Part shown: one piece after another, positions 26,459 to 37,370 of the stretch | Layout of the letters: each line of letters opens with the position of its first letter | Numbering within the stretch: position 1 is the stretch's first letter | From: Mobula hypostoma | Taxonomy: Eukaryota | Direction of reading: 5' to 3' | Assembly: GCF_963921235.1 (NCBI RefSeq) | Contig: NC_086097.1 | Location: 39,930,001-39,994,000 of the forward strand | Length of the DNA stretch: 64,000 nucleotides | The notes under the pieces: generated by a model | The model's input: only the letters and a program-made list of their open reading frames with translations | The model's database searches: none | Told to the model about the DNA's origin: nothing | Made by a program: the position numbers and the translations under genes

Positions 26459-27624
26459 GCGCCTCTTCCTATAGATGCTGCTTGGCCTGCTGCGTTCACC
26501 AGCAACTTTGATGTATGTTGCTTGACCTAAATTGCAGTTCTTTTGGACCGTACTCCCATGTGGGAACCTATTAAAGGCCCTTATTGATATCCATGTAGAC
26601 TATTTCATCAAAAAATTTGTTTCTTCTTCAAACAATTCAATTTTACTTTCAGACTGGATCCTGCCCCGATAAAGATATGCTGAGTATCTACGATTAAACC
26701 TGCCTTTCCTAGTACGCATTAGTTCTGACCCTCAGAATTTTCCCAATAACTTATCTACTACTGTTATTAAATTCACGGATCTGCAAATAATGACTTTAAC
26801 CCTATTGCTCAGTTTCAACAAATATATTAGAATTGTTGTCCTTTCATCATCTGGCACCTCACCTGTGTAAAATGTAAAGATTTAACATATTTCAGTAAGG
26901 TCTCAGCAAATTCCTCCTTTCCTTTCTATACCAGCAGGGGCTACGTCTGTGACTAGAGTCCATGACAAAAGTGGTTTGGACCCAGCTACTGGAGTATCCG
27001 AAGCTAGGATGAAGACACAGAATAGAACTGGATTGAGAACTAAGCACAAAACAAAACGCTAGATGATATTTCTGGTTGGGCTTACAACTGAGCACTGAGA
27101 TTCCATTCAGGTGCTCTTTAAGTACTCAATTCTTGGTGCTCAAAACATGATTGCTAATTTGCGGGACATTTCTGAACCCTTAAAGGGACCACAACAGCTA
27201 TCCATATTCTGGAGAGTTAGAGTGTCTAACTCCAGAAGCTGGCATGTTTGGGTGTGCCTAGTAACATCTTATCTGAACTTCAGCACTAATCCACCTTTAA
27301 GCCTACTATGACATCTAATACCTCCTCCTTTTTAATGATAGCATATTCTACAACTGAAGTGTCCACCTACTGGATTCTCAAATTGCAATGTCTCTCTTCT
27401 TAGGCCAACTACAGATAAGAAATATCCATTTAAGACTCTCTCTACATCCTCTGACTCTATGCACTTATTACCACTTTGATGCTTACCTGGTTATGCTCTT
27501 GCTCTTAATATACTGTACATATAAGATACTCAAGGACTGTCCTTAGTCTCGTCCATCAGATATGACTCATGGATAATCTTTGCCCTTCTAATATAAGTAC
27601 CTTCCTACACTTTCTATATCCTTG

Positions 27625-28175
27625 TCATAGAGTCATAGGGTCTTACTGACTCGAATCAGGCCCTTCAGCCCAGCTTGTCTATGCCAATTGCGTCACTCAA
27701 CCAAGCTAGACCCATCTGCTTCCATTTGGTCCGTAGCCTTCTATATCTTTCTTATCCAGATACTTATCTAGATGGCTTTTAATTGTTGCTGATGCATTTG
27801 CCTCAATTGCTATTTCTGGCAGCTCCGCACCAGCATGAAGAAGCTGCTTCTGATGTCTCTTGAAAATCTTTCGTCTCTTATCTTAAAACCTATACCATCT
27901 TATTTTTGCACCTTCCTCCTGGGGAAAAGACTGCCTCTGGATTTCATGATTTTATATACCTGTGTCTGGTCAACCCTAAATCTCCTAGTTCTAGGGAATA
28001 AAGTCCTTGTCTATGGAACCTCACATTGTGATTCAGGCCCCCAAGCCCGGGAAACACCCTGGTAAATCCTTTCTCACTCTTTCTCGTTTAGAAACATTTT
28101 CCCTATAACAAGATGACCAAAACTGTACACAGTACACCAAACATGGCCTCACTAACATCTTATATAATAGCAATG
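27625..28175 (-). mobile_element. CR1 3' fragment
   Basis: [18 protein letters not shown] motif and a catagagtcatag tail. Confidence 0.75.
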
Positions 28176-28189
28176 GATGCTTCAAGCAG

Positions 28190-29275
28190 TCTTCAATTAC
28201 AGAAGTGCCCAAGAGCAACACGATTACCTCCATCAATGACTATCATCCAGTAGCACTTACACCCACAGTGCTGAAGTGCTTAGAGAGGTTGATGATGAAA
28301 CATATCAACTCCTGACTGAGGAGAAATCTGGACCCACTCCAATTTGCCTATCTTCACAGCAAGTCAACAGCAGATGCAATGTCATTGCTCTTCACTCAAC
28401 CCTGGAACATCGAACAGTGAAGAAGCATACTTCAGGATGCTATTCATTGACTTTGGCATTCAGTATTATCATCCACTCAAAAGTAATCAATGATCTCCAA
28501 GACCTTGGCCTCAATACCTCCTGGTGCAACTGGATCCTCGATTTCCTCACTTGCAGACCCTAATCAGTTCGGATTGGCAACAACACGGCCACAATCACCA
28601 TCTTCACAGGTGCACCACAAGGCTGCGTGCTTAACCCCCGCTCTACTTGCTTTACACTTACGTCTGTGTGGCTAAACACAGCTCCAACGCCATTTTTAAA
28701 TTTGCTGACAACACCACTGTTGTTGGCCGAATGAAAGGTGGCGATGAGTCGGGATAGAGGGTGATTGAAATTGTGTGCCACAACAGCATCCTCTCATTCA
28801 ATGTCAGCAAAACCAAAGAGCAGATCATTGGCTTCAGGATGAAGAAACCAGAGGTCTATGAGCATCGAGAGAGATCAGAAGTGGACAGAGTAAGCAACTT
28901 TATATTCCTCAGTGTTATCATTTCAGAGGATGTGTCCTGGGTCCAGCACATAACTGCCATTGCCTCTACTTTCTCAGAAGTTTGCGAAGATTTGGCATGT
29001 CATCTAAAATTCATTCTCACAGCCCATGGACTCACTTTTAAAGACTCTTCATCTCATATTCTCAATATTTATTGCTTATTTATTATTATTTTCTTTCTTT
29101 GTATTTTCACAGTTTTTTGTCTTTTGCACATTGGTTGTTTGTCTTGTTCTGTGTGATTTTTTTGTTGATTCTATTGTGATTTTTTGTATTTACTATGAAT
29201 GACTACAAGAAAACGAATATTTGGTGACGTATACAGCATTTACGTTGTTAATAAGTTTACTTTGAACTTTGAACA
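28190..29275 (+). mobile_element. Rex1/Babar-like LINE RT + 3'UTR fragment
   Basis: [25 protein letters not shown] and FADN motifs; ends in tttgaactttgaac. Confidence 0.8.
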
Positions 29276-29399
29276 AAACTTCCCAGCTACAATTCCTCAG
29301 GATCCTACCATTTATTGTCTAAGTCTTATCCTTTCTTCCATGCTCCACTGTCTTTTCATAATAGATAACTTGTCCTTCAGCTCTTTACTTGTTTTGCCT

Positions 29400-30760
29400 A
29401 TCACATCACAGCTTATCATTCGTCTATCCTCCAACCATCAACCTTCCCCTCACCTGGTCCCAGCTATCACCTGTCAGCTTGTACTCCTTCACTCCCCCAC
29501 CTTCATATTCTGCCTCCTGCCCCCATCCTTTCCTGTCCTGATGATGTCTCGGACTAAAACGCTGACTATTTATTCCCCTCCATCAATGCGGCCTAACATG
29601 TAGATTTCATCCAGCATTTTGTGCGTATTGCTTACCAGCATCTGCAGGTTTATACATTCTGCCCCGGTTTGATCTATAATACCTTGCACCTATCTGAATT
29701 GAAACCCTTTTGTCAATCCTCAGCCCACATATCCAGCCAGTGCTCCCGGTACAGCCTTCTCCACATCGGTGAGACCAGGCGCAGTTTGGGGATAATTTCA
29801 TCAAATAAATTTGCTCTGTTTGCCACAACAGCTAGGTGGCCAACCATGTTAATTCCACTTCCTATTCCCACACTGACATATCTATCCACAGTCTCCATCA
29901 CTGCCATGTTGAAGCTTGATGCAGCTTGGAGAAGAAACACCTCATATTTTGCCTTGGCAGTCTGCAACCTGACAGCATGAACATTGATTTTTCTAAATTC
30001 TAGTAAAGACTCCCTTCTGTTATCCCTCTTCCTGCACTCCACCCTGTTTTCTGTTATCCCTGTGGCCCTGCTTCCCCTTTCCTTTCCCCTTCCGATCCTC
30101 ATAACCTTAAAACCTGCCTTTCGCCTTTTGGCTCCTACCTCCTTCCTTTTGCTGTCCTCTCCTATAAGATTCCTTCTTCTTCAGCCCTTTGCTTTTCCCA
30201 TCTGTCACCTATCAGCTTCTCACATCATCCCAGCTTCCCTTCCTGACCCTCCCACACTCTCCTTCCTTCCCCCTCCAACCCAGACTAACGTATCATGGGC
30301 CATACCCCTCCCACCTTCTCCCACCTAACCTGAACTCACCTGGGTGCCCTGGTAGCAAGGCAGTGAGCATGATGCTATTTCATCTTAGAGCAGTAGAGTA
30401 GGGGGTTCAATTCTGGCATCATCCTGAAGGCTAATTGATCATTATAAATTGTTCCGTGATTAGGTTAAGGTTAAATCGGGGCTGTTGGGCGTTGCTGGGG
30501 CAGCAACTTTCGAAGAGCAGGTAAGGTCTATTCTGTGTTATATCACTAAATAATTAAATAAATAATAATCACCTGCCAGCTTGTGATTTCCCCTTCCCCT
30601 ACTCTTTCATTCTGGTGTCTGCCCCCTTCTTTTCCAGTTCTGCTGAAGGCTCTCAGACTGAAATGTTGACTGTTCATTTTCCTTCACAGATACTGCCTGA
30701 ACCACTGACTTTCTCCAGCATTTTGTGGGTGTTGAGTCAGATCCCCATGTCGTCTCTCAG
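29400..30760 (+). mobile_element. Old PLE in direct partial-tandem arrangement (pLTR, GIY-YIG, pLTR), interrupted by a SINE
   Basis: Degenerate hammerhead motifs at ~29535 and ~30635 flank a GIY-YIG remnant (QCSRYSLLHIGETRRSLG). Confidence 0.7.
30343..30568 (+). mobile_element. Internally deleted tRNA-derived SINE (same family as 47683)
   Basis: B-box-like ggttcaattc, 3' part matching 47683-47800, a (taaa) tail, and tcacctg on both sides. Confidence 0.6.
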
Positions 30761-31313
30761 TTCGGTATTATTCCCCATCGTAATCACCCGACCCAGAAAT
30801 AAGTCCTTCTCACGCCAAGTGAATAACCCGTGTCTCAGCCGAGGATTCCAGTCCTGGGGCGCTGCTTGCTGAAATCAAGGCTTTCCATGCACCAAAATGG
30901 AGTCCAAGAGCTTGCGTTGGTGCTCTGAATAAGCTGAACATTAAAGCTTCCAGGTGAGTTGTTGATGAGTATCTACCTGAAGGCTGACCTGAAGTACAAG
31001 GATAGTCATGAATTCACATTGTGAAATGAAGTCTTTCCCATCACACAACAATGAAAGCAGCATATTAATAAGGCATGTTTAAACCTGTGACACTGCTTGG
31101 AAATGTGTACTAATTACACTGTGTTGGACTTGTCTGGGAGCTTGAATAGAGACCCTGTAAATGGCTGAGGCTAAGTACATTAATTTTTAGATGCATTGAT
31201 AATGATAATATTCCAGGTCATGTTATGCCTTGCTAGTCGTCAGTTTGTATCTCTAATTCAATGCAAGAATCTGTATGCATGCTAAGGTTGGAAAAAAAAA
31301 CAGGATCCAATAC

Positions 31314-31483
31314 CAGGAGAAAATGTGCGGATGCTGGAAATCCAAAGCAACGCACACAAAATGCTGGAGGAACTCAGCAGGCCGGGCTGTATCTATGGAA
31401 AAATGTAAACAGTCAATGTTTCAGGCCACTGATTGTTCACTCTGTTCCATAGATGCTCCTGACTTACATTTTGGGTTTGTTGC
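31314..31483. mobile_element. Miniature inverted PLE-end insertion E3
   Basis: Minus arm with tail (31314-31428) plus a tail-less plus arm (~31430-31483). TSD acaggat(c/t)caatac at 31300-31313 and 31484-31497. Confidence 0.8.
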
Positions 31484-31604
31484 ACAGGATTCAATACTTT
31501 TATACCATTTATCAATTGAACTTATAGCTTCAGCTTTTCAAAATCTGAATATGAGAAGTGAAGATTCTTCTCCCTTTCTAGTTAAAACTAAGAAAGAAGA
31601 GGCA

Positions 31605-31945
31605 TTGATCGTGTGGATAATTAGAGGCTTTTTCCCAGGGCTGAAATGGCTAGCACAAGAGGACACAGGGTTAAGGTGCTTGGATGCAGGTACAGAGGAG
31701 ATATCAGGGGTAAGTTTTTTACGCAGGAAGGGGTGAGTGCATGGAATGGGCTGCCGGCAATGGTGGTAGAGGCGGATACAATAGGGTCTTTTAAGAGACT
31801 CCTGAATAGTACATGGTGCTTAGAAATATAGAGGGCTATGGGTAACCAGAGGTAATTTCTAAAGTAGGTACATGTATGGCACAGCATTGTGGGCCGAAGG
31901 GCCTGTAATGTGCTGTAGGTTTTCTATATTTTGATGTTTCTGTGT
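31605..31945 (+). mobile_element. CR1 3' end
   Basis: TRGH..K...FFTQ.GVSAWNGLP motif and 3'UTR. Confidence 0.8.
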
Positions 31946-32338
31946 TTCTAATTTCGGTGTGAATGGTGTGTAAGGCAATTGTAAAGAAAAGCTGATTGTC
32001 CACACAAAGGCCAGTGGTTCACCAATGTGGATGAAAAACCTGCAAATCAACTTGTTCTTTTCATGTATTTTCTACTTGGAAGCAGGTTATTTAAGCTTCA
32101 TAGAACATAGAATAGTACTCACAGTACAGGCCAATGATGTTGTGCTGACTTTTCACCTATTCTAATATTAATCTACTCCTTCCCTTCCACATAGCACTCC
32201 ATTTTTCTGTCATCCATGTGCCCATCTACATGTATCTTAATTATCCCTATTGTATCTGCAGCTACTACCACTTCTCACAGTGTGCTCCATACACCCATCA
32301 GATTCTGTGTGAAAAATCTACCTCTGATATCCCCTTAA

Positions 32339-32853
32339 AGGCTGATTTATACTTGTGCGTCAACTCGACGCCGTAACTGACGCAAGTGGCCTACGCGCGT
32401 TGTGAGCATTTATACTTTTGCATTGGTGTGTCTGTGTCGCTTTGCAATTCGCGCATGTCACGCATACGCACACACCTGCCCGCGCAAGGCTTCATGGTCA
32501 TGGTAGTCTTTCTCGGGGTAAACAAGTTTAAAGTGAGCGTCTTTTCTCGTAAAAGCCGAATGTGTCCTCCATAATTTTGAAGGTCTGTAAAGCTTTATGG
32601 AAAGCATTGCAGCCAGGGTTCCTTCCCTGCCCTTCAGTCGACCAATGGGAAGCTATTGCAGCCTAGGAGGAAATGCGATGCTACCAGGCGGACCAATCAC
32701 AGTTGTTGCGGTCTGCGTTGCTACGACGCGTAGTTACGTTTTGGGAAAGGTATGCATCGGGCTACGGTGTAGGGATCCGTGTAGGCTCTGCGTAGGGTTC
32801 GCGGCGACGCCGTACCTACGGCGTTGAGTTGATGCACAAATATAAATCAACCT
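32339..32853. mobile_element. PIF/Harbinger-type MITE, 515 bp
   Basis: ~37-bp imperfect TIRs (aggctgatttatacttgtgcgtcaactcgacgccgta / tacggcgttgagttgatgcacaaatataaatcaacct) and a TAA TSD at 32336-32338 and 32854-32856. Confidence 0.88.
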
Positions 32854-33549
32854 TAATACTTTCCTCCAATCAAGTTAAAATTATGTCCCCTTGTATTAGC
32901 TATTTCTACCGGTTGTCTACTCTATCTATGCCTCATATCCTCTTATGCACCTCTACCAAGTCACCTCTCATCCTCTTTTACTCCAAAGCTCGCTTAACCT
33001 TTCCTCATAAGACATGTTCTCCAATCCAGTCAGCATCCTATAAATCTCCTTTGCACCCTACCTAGTTTCCACTTCCTATGATGAGGGGACCGGGGCTGAA
33101 CACAATTCTCCAAGTGTGGTCCTTCTAGAGTTTTATCCAGCTGTGACATTATCTAATGGGTCTTGAACTCAATCCCCCAACTACTGAAGGCCAACACGCC
33201 ATATGCTTTCTTAACCACCCTATCAACTTGTGCGTCAACTTTGAGAGATCTATGGACATGCACCCAGATCCCTCTGTTCCACCACACTGCTAAGGATCCT
33301 ATCATTAACTTCATACTCTGCCTTCAAGTTTGATCTTCCAAAGTGAATTACTTCACACTTTTCGTGATTTTTTTCATCTGCTGCTTCTTAGCCCTGTTCT
33401 GCATCCTATTGATGTCCTGATATAACCCACAACAACCTCTACACCACCCACAACACTACCAACCTTTGTGTTATCTGCAAACTTACTCACCCACTTCTTC
33501 ATTTATAAGTCTTTGATAAACTTCACAAAGAGTAGGAGTCCCAGGAAAC

Positions 33550-34148
33550 CTTGGTTACTGAATGGTGTTATTGCTGGGGGTGACAGTGGGGATAAGCTCC
33601 CACTTCCTATTAAATGCTCCCAATGGCAGGCATCTCAAATAGCCTCTGACAACCAAGTCCAACTCCTGGCCTTCACGTGATTTAGCTAAGTCCGGCGGAC
33701 CCATTTCTACTGACAGGAGAGGGGCAAAGGTGGGTTACCAGTGTCTTAAAACCAGTCACTTTGGACAGATTGGGCTCATCAGCTGTGGTTGGCAGCTCAT
33801 CTAGGAGAAGGAAAACACTGATCTCAAAACTCTGCTGCCTTGTGCCTATACCCACTCATGAGGAAGTCTTCAGGAGTAAACCCCAAGGAAAACAGCAGGG
33901 CTGGAGTCCCTGTGGCAGTCCTGCATTGAGTTCAATGCTGACTGGCAACTCGTACGATGCTGCTGATGTCAAACTGTGTTGGTCTCGGCCATTCATTGGG
34001 ATTCGATAGCTGCATGGAGAAGAGGAGGATGCTACCTGGGCAACAGCTTGCTCTCCACGTCGTACTGCTCAGACTTGTGGACTGGCTTGCCTATCAGCTG
34101 GGACACAACATTCATGGTCAACCTGGACCAGCGAAGGGCCTCATCATC
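33550..34148 (+). mobile_element. Second copy of the RTE-like non-coding element
   Basis: Colinear with 19370-19949, with a (tca)3 tail and an imperfect flanking repeat aggagtcccagga/aggggtccccaga. Confidence 0.55.
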
Positions 34149-34351
34149 AGGGGTCCCCAGAATAGATCCCTGTCGAGCACTACCGGTCACAGACCTCCAG
34201 ACGGAATACTCTCCATCTGCTGCCACCCTCTATCTTCTGTGGGCAAGCCAATTCTGAATCCACGCAGCAAGGTTCTTCCTGGTCCCGTACCTCCTTACCT
34301 TCTGATCGAGCCTAGCAAGGGGAATCTTGTCATACGCCTTACTAAAATCAA

Positions 34352-34700
34352 CGTAACCCTCTCACCAGGGCTTGTATCCAGCCACGTGCCTCAGCGGTGA
34401 GAAGGCCACCGTTCGTAAACAATATACCTCTAGAGCTGGAATGATTTTGGGTTCAACCATCCAGGAATATTGTGATGTTCTGATGAAAGGAACCTCTATT
34501 TGAGTGAATACTGTGTACCTACTGCTCAAGCACACTGTCGGTAGCCTAGAAATGACAGATCATACATCAGCATACAATTAGAAAGAAAGTATATTTTCCA
34601 AATTTTCAACTGTAACAAACAGTTGCAGAAAAAGAAAAGAAAAATTAAAGGGACTATGTTAAACCGGTCCAATATGCACATAATGTTGGAGCTCATACTG
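34352..34700 (-). mobile_element. Gypsy LTR 3' portion (may continue at ~35580-35966)
   Basis: gtaaccctctcaccagggcttgtat is the reverse complement of the LTR-like end at 45596-45621. Confidence 0.55.
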
Positions 34701-34709
34701 AAAACTGGA

Positions 34710-35578
34710 GGCAGAGCAAAGTCAAGATGGCACTAAATGGCCACTCCTTTGCTTGCATCTTCGGAAACAGCTCTCTTTCCATCTTTGATATCTCTTTTTT
34801 CCCTTTTCGAGGTCCTTTTGAAGACCCTGACCTGGAGTTACACTCTGACTTCGGTTCTTTGCGGGAATGGGACCCGCTCTCAGGGCCTCACGACCGGCTG
34901 CTTTTTGATATCCCGAGGATGTGGCCTGGAAGCCTCAGAAAGGCGCAGCTCTCCGCACACACAACCCCCGGCAGCTAACCTGCTGCTCCTGATGTTCCGT
35001 GTTCTCCCACAATGCTTCAGTCAGGGGCAATGGCCTAGAATCAGCGCGACCCCAGAGCCATGAAAATCCAGAACCCTGAACCCTGCGCCTTTCTAAGGGT
35101 GGCTCTCTGGGCTCAGAGCTCAGACAAACTGACGCCACAGACTTTTAGCATCATAAATCAGCAGGTTGTTTGCTGTGTCTCCCCTCTCACTGTGAAACGG
35201 GGACATCTCCTTTACCCTTATTAGATAGAGAGTGAGAGAGAGCCTGTGGTATGTCAAATTACCGGGTGAATGAGTATTTTTTGGGGTACTGCAATTCTGT
35301 GACTTTTATTGATGCTTTTCTGCACGCTTGAGTGCTCGGTGGAGGGTGCTGACACTTTTTTGCTGGTGGGGGGGTGGGAGGAGGTTGTTGCCTTGTTGCT
35401 GCTTGTGCGTGGGAGGGGGAACTAGATGGGGGGAGCTTTGGGGTTCTAACATTTTAACTGTTATTCATTCTTTGGGGCACTCCTCTGTGTACGTGGATGT
35501 GTGCAAAGAAAAAGCATTTCAGGATGAATATTGCATTCATTTCACTGATATTAAATGTACCTATTGAAACCTATTGAA
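34710..35578 (+). mobile_element. Non-autonomous LINE-like element of uncertain family
   Basis: Starts with aagatggc, is GC-richer than its flanks and ends in (acctattgaa)2; no coding motif recognised. Confidence 0.45.
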
Positions 35579-35997
35579 GTATTCGGGGGTGTATCTCTTT
35601 ACTCATGTGCTGGACCCACAGTCTGTGTGAAATCACCCACCACATTCTGAACTCCCCTCAAAGACCATCTCGAACAAACTGGCTCTCTCCAGAGTATGGG
35701 CACTTCCTCCCTGGAGCCATCCATCTGCGGAAAGCACTTCTTGCAATGGGGACTCTCCTTCCAACTGCATTCTATGGCATTTTTCCTTGTGTCCCGCTCT
35801 GCAGATCCTGACAAAAGACCCCAAACCAAGCTACTGTCCTTTAGGAAACTCATCCCCACAGCTCTCTAGAATCTTCTCTCACATCACACAATCCTGATTG
35901 GCTGTCGCACTAAGTTGTACAACATAGTTACTTATCTTAGCCAAAGCCAAAACACATTTTCCAACATGGCACACTGTTTTTGCTAATATAAACTACC

Positions 35998-36852
35998 ACC
36001 CCATCAGCCTCCAGCATATAACACTCCAAAACTTCCACTAGCTCCAACTGGATCCCACCATCAACCACACCTTTCCCTCCCCCCACCCCCCACTTTCTGC
36101 TTTGCACAGGGATCACTCCCTACGTGACTCTTTTGTCCATTCATCCCTCCCCACTGATCTCCCTCCTGGCACTTATCCTTGCAAGTGAAACGAGTACTAC
36201 ACCTGCCCCTACACCTCCTCCCTCACTACCTTCCAGGACCCTAAACAGTCCTTCCAAGTGAGGTGACACTTCACCTGTGAGTCTGTTGGGGTTATTTACT
36301 GTGTTCATTGCTCCCAGTATGGCCTCCTGTACATTGGTGAGACCCGACGTAGATTGGGAGACCGCTTCGCCGATTATCTACGCTCCATCCTCCAGAACAA
36401 GTGGGATCTCCCAGTGGCCACCATTTAAATTCCACTTTCCATTCCCATTCCGATATGTCCATCCATGGCCTCCTCCAGTCGTGAAGGAGGAACGACACCT
36501 TGTGAACAAACTTCCGGTAATGTCCCCCAGCAACCCCCTTCCCCCCTTCTCCAATTTCCATCCTCCTTTCCCTCTCTCAGCTCATCTCACCAGTCAACTT
36601 TCCAGCTCTTTACTTCATCGCTCCCCCTCCAGGTTTCACCTATCACCTGGTGTTTCTCTCTCCCTTTCCCCCACCTTTTAAATCTACTCCTCAGCTTTTT
36701 TCTCTAGTACTGCCGAAGGGTTTCGGCCCGAAACGTTGACTGTACCTTCTTTCCAAAGACGCTGCCTGGCCTGCTGAGTTCCTCCAGCATTTTGTGTGTG
36801 TTGCTTTTGGGAGAAGAGCCCCAGCATCTGCAGATTTTCTCTTGTTTGTGAA
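35998..36852 (+). mobile_element. Single-arm 5'-truncated PLE with tail
   Basis: Linker and GIY-YIG remnant, hammerhead motif at 36706-36742, and a 10-bp TSD ataaactacc at 35988-35997 and 36853-36862. Confidence 0.85.
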
Positions 36853-36884
36853 ATAAACTACCTGTATAGTAGTAGAAATCTTAA

Positions 36885-37370
36885 CCATGACATTACATCC
36901 ATATATACCACATTTGCTGCTCTAACATCATCAGTGTGCTTTGTCCTTTCCTCAAAGCATTCAGGCTAGTGAGGCAAGACCTGCCCTTCAGAAAGTCATA
37001 CTGACTATCCTTAATCAGACTATGCTTCTCCAAATGCTGGTAAATCCCTCCTCTAAGAAACCACTCCAACAGTTTGCACACCATTGAGGTAGGACTCACT
37101 AGTCTATAATTTCCATGGTTATCCCTTTCAGTTTTCTTGAATGAAGGAATAACGTTCACCACTTCCAAAGATCATCACCAAAGGCTCAGCAATCTCTTCT
37201 CACTTCCTGTAGTAATCTGGTGTATATCTCATCTAGCCCCAGGGGTTGCTTATCCTAATGTTTTTCAAGAGTTCTGGCACATCCTTTTTCTTAACCTCGA
37301 CATGTTCCAGCTTATCGGCCTGCGTTAGACTGTCTTCATATTCCTCAAGCTTCCTTGCAGTGGTTGATAT
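36885..37370 (-). mobile_element. CR1 RT fragment
   Basis: GNYRLVSPTS...DSQYDFLKGRSCLT motif. Confidence 0.75.

Larger units (their letters stand above)
24456..26520. mobile_element. Neptune-type PLE, inverted insertion E2 (young)
   Basis: Left arm minus 24456-25776; right arm plus 25774-26525. A 16-bp TSD cttgacctaaattgca sits at 24440-24455 and 26521-26536. The RT C-terminus, linker and GIY-YIG frame are open at 24881-25776. Confidence 0.95.
24110..26900 (-). mobile_element. Old CR1 RT fragment split by PLE insertion E2
   Basis: KFTDDIKI...FDPDKCEVMNF lies left of E2, and a VYMD..K..VPH-like segment continues to its right (26540-26605). Confidence 0.6.
32100..34350 (-). mobile_element. 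CR1 3' half with nested MITE and RTE-like insert
   Basis: catagaacatagaa tail at 32100; RT remnants extend to ~34350. Confidence 0.7.
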
